A stretch of DNA of 64,000 nt from an uncultured Candidatus Saccharibacteria bacterium (GTDB taxonomy: Bacteria; Patescibacteriota; WWE3; CAZQFB01). The notes under the pieces were generated by a model that worked only from the letters and a program-made list of their open reading frames with translations, searched no databases and was not told the DNA's origin. Where the stretch lies: contig CAZQFB010000004.1 of assembly GCA_964592525.1 (NCBI GenBank), positions 1,195-65,194 on the forward strand, given 5' to 3'. Below, piece by piece: positions 10,509-20,393 of this stretch; within the stretch, counting starts at the first letter, position 1; every line of letters starts with the position of its first letter. Position numbers and translations under genes: made by a program.

Positions 10509-12200
10509 ATGGATCCTGCCTTTATGCAATTTACTCTAGTGGTGGTGTTGGCTTGTTTGTTTTCTCTTTTGTTTCGTTATCTCAAACAGCCAGACATCTT
10601 AGCTTTTCTTCTCCTCGGGTCTTTGTTGGGGTTGTTTGGACCAGCTTTGGGATTTGATACTTTCCACTTTTTTGAGTTTTTCTCTAATTTAGGGCTTACC
10701 TTCTTACTCTTTTTAGTTGGTTTAGAAATGAGTACTCGGGAGATTAAACAACTGGGTAAACCTATCGCTCTTCTTTCTGTGGGTCAGCTCCTGCTTACTA
10801 TTGTTATTAGTTTTCTGGTTGGTTATGTGCTTCTTGGTTCTTGGGTAACTGCGGTTTATGTGGCCATAGGTATGAGTTTTTCTAGTACCGTGGTGGTGCT
10901 TAGATTACTAAGTAGCAAGGGTGAAGAACAATCCTTGTTTGGGCGATTGTGTGTGGGGGTTTTACTAGTTCAGGACTTGTTTGCAGTTTTGGCCTTAATC
11001 CTAGTAACCACCTATGTACCCGGAGAACCCTATAATTGGGCTATTTTGCCTTCTGTAATTATCAAAAGCGCTGTACTTTTTTCTCTGGTGTATTACCTTT
11101 CTCAAAAGTTTTTCCCGTGGCTTTTTGCGCGCTTGTGTCGGGATGTGGAAGCACTATATCTTTTAGGGTTAGCTTGGGCTTTGGGGTTAGCGGCTTTTGT
11201 AGCGTCGCCTTGGATGGGATTTTCTATTGAGATTGGTGGCTTTTTGGCCGGTATGGCCTTGGCTAACAGTGTTCAGCATTACCAGATAGCCACTAGGATG
11301 CGGCCTTTAAGGGATCTGTTTATCTTAGTTTTCTTTATTTATCTAGGTACCCACATAGATTTTTCGTTCCCCTCACCTATGCTTTGGGTGGCCTTAGCAC
11401 TGACGGTACTGGCTGTAGTGGTGAAACCAATAATTGTATTCGGAGTGCTTACTTTGATGAACTATCGTAAACGGACCTCTTTCTTGACCGCTATCTCTCT
11501 TGGTCAGATATCAGAGTTTTCTCTGATCCTTATCACCTTAGGCGAAAGGTTGGGTCATGTGGACAAAGAGTTATTAGCGCTAATGACTATTGTGGGGGCT
11601 TTATCTATGACTATCTCAACTTTCTTGATTCACCATGCCGATACTCTCTTTTCCTGGTTTGAACCCGTACTGGCTAAATTTGAAAGAAGGGTTCGCGATC
11701 CCCTTCATCTCCATCGTGATCGGTTACATAACCATGTGGTACTGGTAGGCTACGGACGCAAGGGTATTCCTGTCCTTCATGCGCTTCTAACGAAAGGATG
11801 GCCCCTTTTGGTAGTGGATACCGATCCCCTGGTGGCCAAATTAATGGTAGAGATGAACGTGCCGTTTTTGTTTGGTGATATAAACGATGAAGAAATTCAT
11901 GACCATGCAAATTTGCAGGGTGCCAAGCTACTTATCTCTACCGCGATGAGAGTAAACGAAGATTTAGCCCTGCTGTCCTTTTTGAAGATGAAAAGAAATA
12001 AGCCTAAGGTAATTGTGACAGCCAAAACGGTGGACGAAGCTAAGGATCTTTATCAGGCAGGAGCCTACTACGTGTTGTTGCCTCAATACGTAGCTGGACA
12101 GTTTTTGGCTGGGATGATCGGGAGTAAAAAAGATTTTCTGCGGTCTCTGGCCGCTATGCATACAAAAGAAGAGAAATGGTTTGAGCACCTCGCAGTTTAA
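10509..12200 (+). CDS. CPA2-family cation:proton antiporter with C-terminal RCK/TrkA-N domain (KefB-like)
   Basis: About 12 hydrophobic helices followed by a Rossmann motif (HVVLVGYGRKG) typical of TrkA-N/RCK. Confidence 0.75.
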   Translation: MDPAFMQFTLVVVLACLFSLLFRYLKQPDILAFLLLGSLLGLFGPALGFDTFHFFEFFSNLGLTFLLFLVGLEMSTREIKQLGKPIALLSVGQLLLTIVISFLVGYVLLGSWVTAVYVAIGMSFSSTVVVLRLLSSKGEEQSLFGRLCVGVLLVQDLFAVLALILVTTYVPGEPYNWAILPSVIIKSAVLFSLVYYLSQKFFPWLFARLCRDVEALYLLGLAWALGLAAFVASPWMGFSIEIGGFLAGMALANSVQHYQIATRMRPLRDLFILVFFIYLGTHIDFSFPSPMLWVALALTVLAVVVKPIIVFGVLTLMNYRKRTSFLTAISLGQISEFSLILITLGERLGHVDKELLALMTIVGALSMTISTFLIHHADTLFSWFEPVLAKFERRVRDPLHLHRDRLHNHVVLVGYGRKGIPVLHALLTKGWPLLVVDTDPLVAKLMVEMNVPFLFGDINDEEIHDHANLQGAKLLISTAMRVNEDLALLSFLKMKRNKPKVIVTAKTVDEAKDLYQAGAYYVLLPQYVAGQFLAGMIGSKKDFLRSLAAMHTKEEKWFEHLAV

Positions 12201-12226
12201 AATCCCTTTTGTGTTAATCTAGCTTC

Positions 12227-12712
12227 ATGATAATTCTTGGCTTGGATCCTGGTATTCATCGCACTGGGTGGGGGGCTATTAAGTTAAAAGATAAAAGTAC
12301 TAAGCTAGAAGTGGTTGGGTATGGATGTATTGAGACTACTCCTAATGCACCACAGGGAGAGAGGCTTCTTGATCTTTATGAACAATTTAAGAAAGTGGCG
12401 GTGGAGTACAACCCCGATGTTATTTCACTGGAACAACTTTTTTTTAGAACCAATATCACCACGGCAATGGTGGTAAGCCGAGCTTCTGGGGTGATTCTCC
12501 TATTGGCAGAACAGCGTCATATACCTGTGGTGGAGTATGCCCCCCTTCAGATAAAAACCGCTATTACTGGCTATGGCCGTGCGGAAAAAGGGCAAATGCA
12601 GAGGATGGTGCAAGTTCTTTTAAATTTAGATAAGCTTCCTAAGCCGGATGATGCGGCGGATGGTTTGGCACTAGCACTTTGTCATGCGGTGTCTATGAAA
12701 AATGAAACATGA
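12227..12712 (+). CDS. ruvC: crossover junction endodeoxyribonuclease RuvC
   Basis: MIILGLDPG... RuvC N-terminal catalytic Asp motif. Immediately upstream of ruvA/ruvB. Confidence 0.9.
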   Translation: MIILGLDPGIHRTGWGAIKLKDKSTKLEVVGYGCIETTPNAPQGERLLDLYEQFKKVAVEYNPDVISLEQLFFRTNITTAMVVSRASGVILLLAEQRHIPVVEYAPLQIKTAITGYGRAEKGQMQRMVQVLLNLDKLPKPDDAADGLALALCHAVSMKNET

Positions 12713-12810
12713 CGTATGAATCATGTGGGTATCATTAATAATTCATAACAATTGATACTTTTTTCTTGATTCATTACGCGTAATTCTTTTTTTAGTTTAA
12801 ACTAAAAACT

Positions 12811-13377
12811 ATGATCGGTTCTATAAGAGGAAAATTAATAAAAAGGCTTGATAGTAGTTTGCTAGTTGAGGTGACTGGTGTGGGATATCTAATCCAGGTA
12901 CCTTCTAATGTTTTTGAAAAAGTAAAAATAGAAGAGGAATTGTATCTTCTCACCCATCACTATGTACGTGAGGATGCCCAAACCCTTTACGGTTTTCTGG
13001 AAGAGCCCCAACTAAAACTTTTTGAGCTACTTTTAGGAGTATCGGGCATTGGACCTAAGATGGCTCTTTCAATAGTGTCTGCCCATGCGGTGGAAGAAAT
13101 AATGGCCGCGGTGAGTAATGCGCGAACCGATCTTTTCCAGTCTGTTTCTGGGATTGGCAAGAAGAATGCGCAAAGGATTATAGTGGATTTGCAATCTAAG
13201 ATTGGCATTTTAGAAGAGCTTGATTTTGTGGGTGATTTGGCTACCCAAGAAGTGGTAGATGCTTTGGTCAGCTTGGGATACCAGGCTAAGGATATTAGAA
13301 GTGTGTTAAAACATATAGACAAGAGCCTTACGGAAGAGGAACAATTAAAGAAAGCATTAAAGGAGCTGGGTAAATGA
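12811..13377 (+). CDS. ruvA: Holliday junction DNA helicase RuvA
   Basis: RuvA domain pattern (LYGF..E...F..L..V.GIGPK.AL.IL). Overlaps ruvB by 4 nt. Confidence 0.85.
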   Translation: MIGSIRGKLIKRLDSSLLVEVTGVGYLIQVPSNVFEKVKIEEELYLLTHHYVREDAQTLYGFLEEPQLKLFELLLGVSGIGPKMALSIVSAHAVEEIMAAVSNARTDLFQSVSGIGKKNAQRIIVDLQSKIGILEELDFVGDLATQEVVDALVSLGYQAKDIRSVLKHIDKSLTEEEQLKKALKELGK

Positions 13378-14381
13378 TCGAACAGGAACTGGTTGAATCA
13401 GAAGAATCTACAAAGGAGCTAGATGCTACTCTGCGTCCTCGTACCTTTAAGGATTTTCAAGGGCAGAAGGATCTTAAGGATCAGCTCAAGATATTTCTTA
13501 CCGCCGCCAAAAAGCGTGGAGAGGCTATGGAGCATGTGCTTTTTTATGGTCCACCGGGTTTGGGTAAAACAACCTTAGCCAATATCTTGGCCAGTGAAAT
13601 GGGAACCCAGATAAAAATCACTTCTGGTCCGGCTATTGAGAGAGCTGGAGATTTGGCTTCTCTTCTGACTAACGTGCAGGAAGGAGACATTATTTTTATT
13701 GATGAGATCCACCGGCTTAATAAAAACATTGAAGAAATTCTTTATCCGGCTATGGAAGATATGGCACTGGATATTATTCTTGGCAAAGGTCCTTCGGCGC
13801 GTACGGTACGATTGGAGCTCCCCAAATTCACACTTATTGGGGCAACCACGCAAGTGGGTAAGCTCTCCTCGCCTTTAAGAGATCGGTTTGGGGTACTGCA
13901 CCGACTAAGTTACTACTCCCCCGAGGAGCTGGTGTTAATTGTGCATCGGGCTTCCAGTATTATTGGTGTGGAGCTAGGGGAAGGGGTAGCTGAATTAGTA
14001 GCTTTTCGCTCCCGCGGTACACCTAGAATAGCTAACAGATTATTAAAAAGAGTGCGTGATTATGCGCAAGTGGCGGGGGTTTCCCCTATTTCAGAGGCGA
14101 TTGTGGTTGAGGCTTTGGTTAAGGTGGGGGTTGATGAAAAGGGTCTTAATAAAGAGGATAAGAGGTATCTGGAGCTGTTAATTGGTAAGTTTGACGGGGG
14201 ACCGGTGGGGATCAAGACTATTGCGGCCGCTCTCTCGGAGGATTTGCAGACTGTGGAAGAGGTGATAGAGCCATATTTAATGCAACTGGGGTTTTTAAAA
14301 CGGACCGCCCAAGGCAGGCAAGCCACTCCGTCAGCTTATGAATATTTGGGGTATCAAGCCCCACAACAAACGTTGCTATGA
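13374..14381 (+). CDS. ruvB: Holliday junction DNA helicase RuvB
   Basis: AAA+ Walker A ([11 protein letters not shown]), Walker B ([10 protein letters not shown]) and RuvB C-terminal winged helix. Confidence 0.95.
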   Translation: MIEQELVESEESTKELDATLRPRTFKDFQGQKDLKDQLKIFLTAAKKRGEAMEHVLFYGPPGLGKTTLANILASEMGTQIKITSGPAIERAGDLASLLTNVQEGDIIFIDEIHRLNKNIEEILYPAMEDMALDIILGKGPSARTVRLELPKFTLIGATTQVGKLSSPLRDRFGVLHRLSYYSPEELVLIVHRASSIIGVELGEGVAELVAFRSRGTPRIANRLLKRVRDYAQVAGVSPISEAIVVEALVKVGVDEKGLNKEDKRYLELLIGKFDGGPVGIKTIAAALSEDLQTVEEVIEPYLMQLGFLKRTAQGRQATPSAYEYLGYQAPQQTLL

Positions 14382-15001
14382 AGATATATTTTGTTCGTCA
14401 TGGTCAAACCGACAATGCGGCTCAAGGTCTTACGCAGGAACCAGAATCAGGTCTTTCTAATAAGGGCATTGAACAGGCAGAAAAATTAGCTGAAATGCTT
14501 AACCATCATCAGATTGATAGGATATTTTGCAGCACTTACCGGAGAGCGAAGGAGACAGCCGATATTATCAACAAAAATATTAAAGTTAAACTTGACTATC
14601 TTGATGAGCTTAGGGAGGTTAGTAAACCTACTGTGATATGGGGTAAGAAAGAAGACGACCCCAGGGTTATGGAAATAAAAAGACAGGTTTATACCAATTT
14701 TGGTAAGAAGAATAGCAAAGTATCCGATGAGGAGAATTTTTTTGATTTAAAAGAGAGGGGGTCCTTTTGTCTAACGCAATTGAAATCTTTTGGGATAGAG
14801 AATGTATTGGTAGTGAGTCATGGAACTATTATTAGGATGATTGTAGCCCTAATGATGTTTGGGCAAGATGTTTCCTACGACCAATTTTCAGATTTGTTGG
14901 AGTTTTTTGGAATAGATAACACCGGGGTAAGTGTGTGTATTGAAGGTGGCTATAGGGATTGGAAACTAATCACTTGGAATCATACCTCTCACTTGCAATA
15001 A
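14378..15001 (+). CDS. histidine phosphatase (phosphoglycerate mutase) family protein
   Basis: N-terminal RHG motif (YFVRHGQT) and C-terminal SHG. Overlaps the ruvB stop by 4 nt. Confidence 0.7.
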   Translation: MKIYFVRHGQTDNAAQGLTQEPESGLSNKGIEQAEKLAEMLNHHQIDRIFCSTYRRAKETADIINKNIKVKLDYLDELREVSKPTVIWGKKEDDPRVMEIKRQVYTNFGKKNSKVSDEENFFDLKERGSFCLTQLKSFGIENVLVVSHGTIIRMIVALMMFGQDVSYDQFSDLLEFFGIDNTGVSVCIEGGYRDWKLITWNHTSHLQ

Positions 15002-15099
15002 AAGTTACTCTAATCACCTTAACCTATCCTAATCATCCTAATTCCGGGAATTGTATTGGTGCGTGGTTGGTGGTTTTTTAGTGGTTTAGAAAGAAAAAA

Positions 15100-15125
15100 C
15101 GCCGGGTTAACGCCCCGGCAAACGG
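15100..15125 (-). terminator. intrinsic terminator (minus strand): GCCGGG-loop-CCCGGC hairpin followed by U-run
   Basis: The reverse complement reads ccgtttGCCGGGgcgttaaCCCGGCgtttttt. It lies just downstream of minus-strand ORF 15133..15339. Confidence 0.45.
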
Positions 15126-15824
15126 GTTGGCTTTAACCTCCCCGAGGTGGGATTTTGACCCGATCCTCGTAGAAAGAGGCATATCCAACCAATAGCACCA
15201 TACTATAAGACTTCTTAGCTGTCAATAGTGTGGCATTGTAATAGCCCATCCTAATTCCGGGAATTCTTAAGGCCTTGTTTGAAAGGTTTCGTTGCTTTGG
15301 AAGATTTAGCCCGCTCGCCTTTTTTAGGCGAGCGGGCAAAACTTATGGTGTCACGTCTTCAAGGTAGATATTCAGTGCCACGGGGGACAAGGCATCCACG
15401 AAGTGGGTAGGTGCTCCAGTAGAGCTCATACGTTCCTTACTGATCAGGCAGAGTATGGCTCGGTGGTGTGTATGATCTACATTAAAAGCCCCCCCACCCC
15501 GCGTTAGATCATCCACGATATAGTACGCTTGGTCAAAACAACCCGCCTTGAGTACGATGAGACAACGTAGATCTCTCCTGGGGTTAGTGATTCTTCTGAT
15601 AACTCTTTCCCTGTCTCTCCTGCGCACCTTACTCTCCTTTTCTTTCGGCTTTTACGCATTGTATCACCGAACTGGTACTAATACATGTTCGACATACCTA
15701 ATTATGAATATAACAATTCTGGGAATTGTATTAGCGCCTGGTTGGTGGGTTTCGTGAGCTTCTTATTTCAAATTTATACATCATTCCGCCAGGCCGATGC
15801 ATCCTTCAGTATCATGTATGTAGC

Positions 15825-16769
15825 ATGCTACAATCAGTATCTATGACTGATCTTATTATCGTTGGCGCTGGAGCAGCAGGGCTTTCTGCCTCCCTTTTTG
15901 CCTCTCGCTATGGTATTAAACACCTGATTTTTGGTATGGAACCTGGCGGACAGTTAAATAATGCTCAAATGATTGAGAATTATCTAGGTTTCCCTGAAAT
16001 TACTGGGGAAAACTTGAAAAATAAGTTTGTTAAGCAGGTGGAAAGCTATGGTGTTGGTATTGATACGCGAAAAGTCGTTGGAATTAAAGCAAAAAATAAC
16101 GGTTTCCAAATTACTACGGAAAAAGGGGGAGCAGAAAGTAAGGCAATACTGCTTGCTATGGGCGCTAAACACCGCTCCTTGAATGTGCCCGGTGAAGAAG
16201 CGCTCATCGGACACGGCATTTCCTACTCTCCCATAGCGGATGCTATGGATTATCGGGGCAAAACGGTAGCTTTAGTGGGCGGTGGTGACAGTGCTTGCAC
16301 CGGTGCTATCGCTTTAGCCGAGTATGCCCAGAAGGTCTACCTTATCGTTAGGAAGGATAGTTTTCGCGCGGAAAAGCAGTGGTTGGATAAAGTACTCGCT
16401 ACTGATAACATTGAAATACTCTACAAAACTTTGGTAACACAAGTTAAAGGAGAAAATTGGGTAGAAAATATAACTCTGTCCAATGGCAAGGAATTGGCGA
16501 TAGAGGGCTTGTTTATAACCATTGGACAGGTACCAGCTGTAGAGGTAGTATCAGAAATTGGTGTAGCGTTGAATAATAACGGATATATAATCATAAGACC
16601 CGATTGCACCACCAATGTACCCGGAGTTTTTGCTGCAGGTGATCTTACTCAACCAGAAGGCGGTTTTGTTTTTCGCCAGATAATTACCTCTGCTGGTCAG
16701 GGAGCCTTGGCGGTGGCTTCAATTTTTCAATATCTACACCAAAGAAGACCAGAACCTAATTGGAGCTAA
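15825..16769 (+). CDS. TrxB-like FAD/NAD(P)-dependent oxidoreductase lacking the redox-active CxxC (ferredoxin-NADP reductase-like)
   Basis: FAD motif IIVGAGAAGLSA and NAD motif LVGGGDSA. The position matching CATC of TrxB reads GISYSPIADAMD, so both Cys are absent. Confidence 0.6.
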   Translation: MLQSVSMTDLIIVGAGAAGLSASLFASRYGIKHLIFGMEPGGQLNNAQMIENYLGFPEITGENLKNKFVKQVESYGVGIDTRKVVGIKAKNNGFQITTEKGGAESKAILLAMGAKHRSLNVPGEEALIGHGISYSPIADAMDYRGKTVALVGGGDSACTGAIALAEYAQKVYLIVRKDSFRAEKQWLDKVLATDNIEILYKTLVTQVKGENWVENITLSNGKELAIEGLFITIGQVPAVEVVSEIGVALNNNGYIIIRPDCTTNVPGVFAAGDLTQPEGGFVFRQIITSAGQGALAVASIFQYLHQRRPEPNWS

Positions 16770-17014
16770 AGTCTGCCATTTGATATACTATAAGGTGACC
16801 CCGTAACTATCTAAAGGAGGGTTGATGAGTTCCGTAAGTGCTCGTCAGCAAGTTTTCAGGCAGCCCGGGTCTCACATTGTGGCGAGGCATTTAGGTACCA
16901 CGAGGATACCGCGCGATATGCCTCGTGAAGAGATTACGGGCAAGAAAAGAGATAGGCACGGGAATTATCGTGGCCGCACAGAAGCGGCCTAAGCCCGCTT
17001 GCAGGTGAGCTGAA

Positions 17015-17044
17015 GAAGCCCGCTGAAAGCGGGCTTCTGTCTTT
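17015..17044 (+). terminator. intrinsic terminator: GAAGCCCGC-tgaaa-GCGGGCTTC followed by TGTCTTT
   Basis: Perfect 9-bp GC-rich stem plus T-rich tail, 43 nt upstream of the sufC start. Ends a ~250-nt non-coding structured region. Confidence 0.6.
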
Positions 17045-17086
17045 AGTTTGCTCCTTGGTCTGGTATTTGCTATCGTCTGACCACAT

Positions 17087-17824
17087 ATGCGTAATTTATT
17101 AACCATCAATAATTTATGGGTTTCTGTTCATAAACAACCGATAATCAAGGGTGTTACTTTAACTATTTACCCTGGGGAGGTGCATGCTTTGATGGGTCCT
17201 AATGGCTCGGGGAAAAGCACTTTGGCTCAAGCGTTAGCTGGTCACCCACGTTATGAAGTAACTAAGGGCTCTTTTCGCCTTAATGGCAGCGAACTTGCTA
17301 AATTATCGCCCGAAAAAAGGGCACAGCAAGGTTTATTTCTAGCTTTCCAAAATCCCAGTGAAGTAGCGGGGGTAAAATTATTTAACCTGTTGTGGCAAGC
17401 ACATCAAGCGATTCGGAAGGAGCCTATAAGTGCCGTGGAGTTTCTCTCTTTATTAGATTCTAAATTAGCTCTTTTGGGGATTGACCAAGCTTTTTTGGAC
17501 AGAGTGGCTAACGAAGGTTTTTCTGGGGGTGAAAAGAAGAAAGCAGAGATACTGCAGTTACTAACCCTATCGCCCAAGTTAGCTATTTTAGACGAAATTG
17601 ATTCGGGGTTGGATGTAGACGCTCTAAAATTAGTTGCACAAGCGGTTAATTCCTTAGTTAAAGAAGGTACTAGTATATTGGTGATCACTCATTATCAGAG
17701 AATTTTGGAGCATATCAAACCTAGCCATGTTCATGTTCTTAAAGAAGGGAAGATTGTGGCTTCGGGAGGTGGGGAATTGGTTAAGAGATTGGAAAAAGAG
17801 GGTTATGGCTTGCTTGGAAATTAG
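17087..17824 (+). CDS. sufC: Fe-S cluster assembly ATPase SufC
   Basis: ABC ATPase Walker A (GPNGSGKSTL), signature FSGGEKKK, and SufC-like length and context. Confidence 0.9.
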   Translation: MRNLLTINNLWVSVHKQPIIKGVTLTIYPGEVHALMGPNGSGKSTLAQALAGHPRYEVTKGSFRLNGSELAKLSPEKRAQQGLFLAFQNPSEVAGVKLFNLLWQAHQAIRKEPISAVEFLSLLDSKLALLGIDQAFLDRVANEGFSGGEKKKAEILQLLTLSPKLAILDEIDSGLDVDALKLVAQAVNSLVKEGTSILVITHYQRILEHIKPSHVHVLKEGKIVASGGGELVKRLEKEGYGLLGN

Positions 17825-17891
17825 CCACATTAAGCTTTAGGAACAATGAATCAAGAATCAGGCATTATATTTCATAGCGGGGTAGAGTCTC

Positions 17892-19307
17892 ATGTCAAAT
17901 AAAGTTGAGCTCTCTAAGATAATTTTAGATAAAAAGGAATACCTTGCTGGTTTTCACTACCCCGAAGAATATGTGTTTAAAGCCCATAAGGGCTTAACTG
18001 CGGGAATTGTGCAGGAAATAAGCGGGAAAAAAGAGGAACCTTGGTGGTTACTTAAGCAAAGGTTGGCTGCCTTTAAATTGTATGAACAGAGCTCTTTACC
18101 GTCCTGGATGCCTGATCTGGGAGCGCTTGATTTTTCCTCCCTGTATTACTATTTACAACCAACTTCAAAGGAGGTGCAAACTTGGGAAGATTTGCCGGTT
18201 TCTATTAAAAAGACTTATGCGCGATTAGGTTTACCGGAGGCGGAAAAAAATTACCTGGCTGGTGTTAAGGCTCAATATGAATCGGAAATAGTGTATGGTT
18301 CGCTACGCGCTAGTCTACAAAAGCAGGGCGTGCTGTTTATGGGAATGGAAGAAGGGTTTAAGAAATATCCTGAACTAGTAAGGAAATATTTTGGTACAGT
18401 GGTGCCGGCTTCGGATAACAAGTTTGCTGCTTTAAATACCGCTGTATGGAGTGGTGGCTCTTTTATTTACATACCTAAAGGACGAAAAGTTGAACTGCCT
18501 TTGCACTCTTATTTTAGGCTTAATGCAGCTAATCTAGGTCAATTTGAACGTACGCTAATTATTGCGGATGAAGGCTCACAAGTCCATTATCTTGAGGGTT
18601 GTACAGCGCCTATTTACGCAACGGCTTCTCTACATGCTGCCGTGGTAGAAATTGTGGTTAAAAAGGGTGCGCGGGTACGTTATACCACTATCCAAAACTG
18701 GTCCAAAAATGTCTACAACTTAGTGACTAAAAGAGCGTTGGTTGATGAGGGAGGTTTTTTGGAATGGGTGGATTGTAATCTTGGTGCTAGGCTGAACCTT
18801 AAATACCCCTCAATTTATCTTATGGGTCCAAAGGCTCGGGGGGAAGTGCTCTCGTTATCTTATGCGGGGAGTGGGCAATGTCACGATGTGGGCGCGAAAA
18901 TTATACATGGGGCAAGTGAAACTAAGGCTAAGGTTGTGTCTAAAGCCATTAGTAGTGGTACCGGCAGAAATACCTATCGGGGACTGGTGAAGGTTGAAAC
19001 ATCTGCCACAGGGTGCAAAACCCAAGTCACTTGCGAAGCCTTGTTACTTAATGATACCTCCGTAGCAGATACTTACCCGAAAATTGAAGTGGCTAACCCC
19101 ACAGCGATGGTGGCACATGAGGCAGCGGTCTCCAAAATTGAAGAAGACACCCTTTTTTATTTAATGACTCGCGGCTTAACTGCTGATGAGGCGGTAACTT
19201 TAGTTGTACTTGGTTTTATTGAGCCCTTAGTACAAGCTTTGCCCGTGGAGTATGGCGCGGAACTTACTCGTTTAATGCAACTGGAGGTGGGTAGCGCGGT
19301 GGGTTAA
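17892..19307 (+). CDS. sufB: Fe-S cluster assembly protein SufB
   Basis: 471 aa. SufB/SufD beta-helix C-terminal domain. Directly follows sufC. Confidence 0.9.
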   Translation: MSNKVELSKIILDKKEYLAGFHYPEEYVFKAHKGLTAGIVQEISGKKEEPWWLLKQRLAAFKLYEQSSLPSWMPDLGALDFSSLYYYLQPTSKEVQTWEDLPVSIKKTYARLGLPEAEKNYLAGVKAQYESEIVYGSLRASLQKQGVLFMGMEEGFKKYPELVRKYFGTVVPASDNKFAALNTAVWSGGSFIYIPKGRKVELPLHSYFRLNAANLGQFERTLIIADEGSQVHYLEGCTAPIYATASLHAAVVEIVVKKGARVRYTTIQNWSKNVYNLVTKRALVDEGGFLEWVDCNLGARLNLKYPSIYLMGPKARGEVLSLSYAGSGQCHDVGAKIIHGASETKAKVVSKAISSGTGRNTYRGLVKVETSATGCKTQVTCEALLLNDTSVADTYPKIEVANPTAMVAHEAAVSKIEEDTLFYLMTRGLTADEAVTLVVLGFIEPLVQALPVEYGAELTRLMQLEVGSAVG

Positions 19308-19332
19308 AGCCATGCCTCTTAATTAACTGGCG

Positions 19333-19962
19333 ATGAAAACCTTTTATCAATCATTAACTGGCGGGAAAGACGATATTCTAACCTGGGTGGTGCCGGCAAA
19401 TGCCACCCAAGAATTGGTGTTTTCATATCATACTACAGGGGATGCTAGTTTAAGTCTTGATGTAGTATTACAGAGTAACTCTACGCTTTGGTTGTGGGGT
19501 GTGTTTTATGTTCCCCATAAGGGTACTGTTAAGGTGACCACAAACATTAAACATCAAGAGCCGAACGCTTGCTCTAAGGTTTTAATTAAGGGTGTTGTGG
19601 GTGGCATAGCCCGTTTTGATTACGAAGGTTTAATTACCATAGACGCCAGCGCAGCTAAAACCAATGCCCATCTTGAGAGCCGTGTATTATTGTTAGGGCA
19701 CAAAGCAGTATCGGTTAGCAAACCTTCCCTTGAGATTGGCACTAATGATGTGAAAGTATCTCACGGTGCAACTGTGGGGCAACTGAACAAAGAGCATCTT
19801 TTTTATTTAATGAGTCGGGGGGTGGCGCAAGACATTGCGGAAAAAATGATTGTGTCTGGTTTTTTAACGGCTGTGGCGGACCAGGTGCAAGACCAAAAAA
19901 CGAGGGATAAATTGCGTTACGAGCTAGCGCGGGAGCTGGGAACAGGCTCTAGTAAGCCATAA
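19333..19962 (+). CDS. sufD: SufD-like Fe-S assembly protein (short form)
   Basis: 209 aa with SufBD beta-helix-like C-terminal region (HLFYLMSRGV). Lies between sufB and sufS. Shorter than canonical SufD. Confidence 0.55.
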   Translation: MKTFYQSLTGGKDDILTWVVPANATQELVFSYHTTGDASLSLDVVLQSNSTLWLWGVFYVPHKGTVKVTTNIKHQEPNACSKVLIKGVVGGIARFDYEGLITIDASAAKTNAHLESRVLLLGHKAVSVSKPSLEIGTNDVKVSHGATVGQLNKEHLFYLMSRGVAQDIAEKMIVSGFLTAVADQVQDQKTRDKLRYELARELGTGSSKP

Positions 19963-20021
19963 ACTAACTGCCTAGGCACTGGTTAACCAGTACATCGGCA
20001 CCTAAAATTAGCTTAGATTCA

Positions 20022-20393
20022 ATGAATAAAGAACAAAGAAGCAAGCAAAATGACATCAGGGAGAGGACTTACACCTTTTCCCTGCAAATAATAAAATTAG
20101 TTGGAGCTTTGCCCAATAAACCGGAATATTGGCCTTTTAGAGATCAACTACTTCGATCGGGTACAAGTATAGGTTCTAACTGTGTAGAGGCTGTGGGAGT
20201 ATCCTCTAGAAAGGAATTTGGTAGGTATAACGAAATTGCCCTTAGAAGTGCTCAAGAAGCAAGGTATTGGTTGAATTTACTTAAAGATTCAAGGTTGGTA
20301 GAAGCTTCTGATATTGATCCGTTGATTGACGAAGTTAACCAGCTGTGTAAAATGCTGTATGTGACTGTCAAATCAATAAAAAATAATTCATGA
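20022..20393 (+). CDS. four-helix-bundle protein (23S rRNA intervening-sequence protein family)
   Basis: RDQLLRSGTSIGSNCVEA is the hallmark motif of the TIGR02436-like four-helix-bundle family. Its 4-nt overlap with sufS suggests co-transcription. Confidence 0.7.
   Translation: MNKEQRSKQNDIRERTYTFSLQIIKLVGALPNKPEYWPFRDQLLRSGTSIGSNCVEAVGVSSRKEFGRYNEIALRSAQEARYWLNLLKDSRLVEASDIDPLIDEVNQLCKMLYVTVKSIKNNS

Noticed and set aside
16790-17044. Calling this region SRP (4.5S) RNA
   Set aside because: Only a loose resemblance (CAGGTGAGCTGAAGAAGC vs the conserved GGAAGGAAGCAGC helix-8 motif). The hand fold does not reproduce the symmetric and asymmetric loops convincingly. Reported only as a candidate structured RNA.
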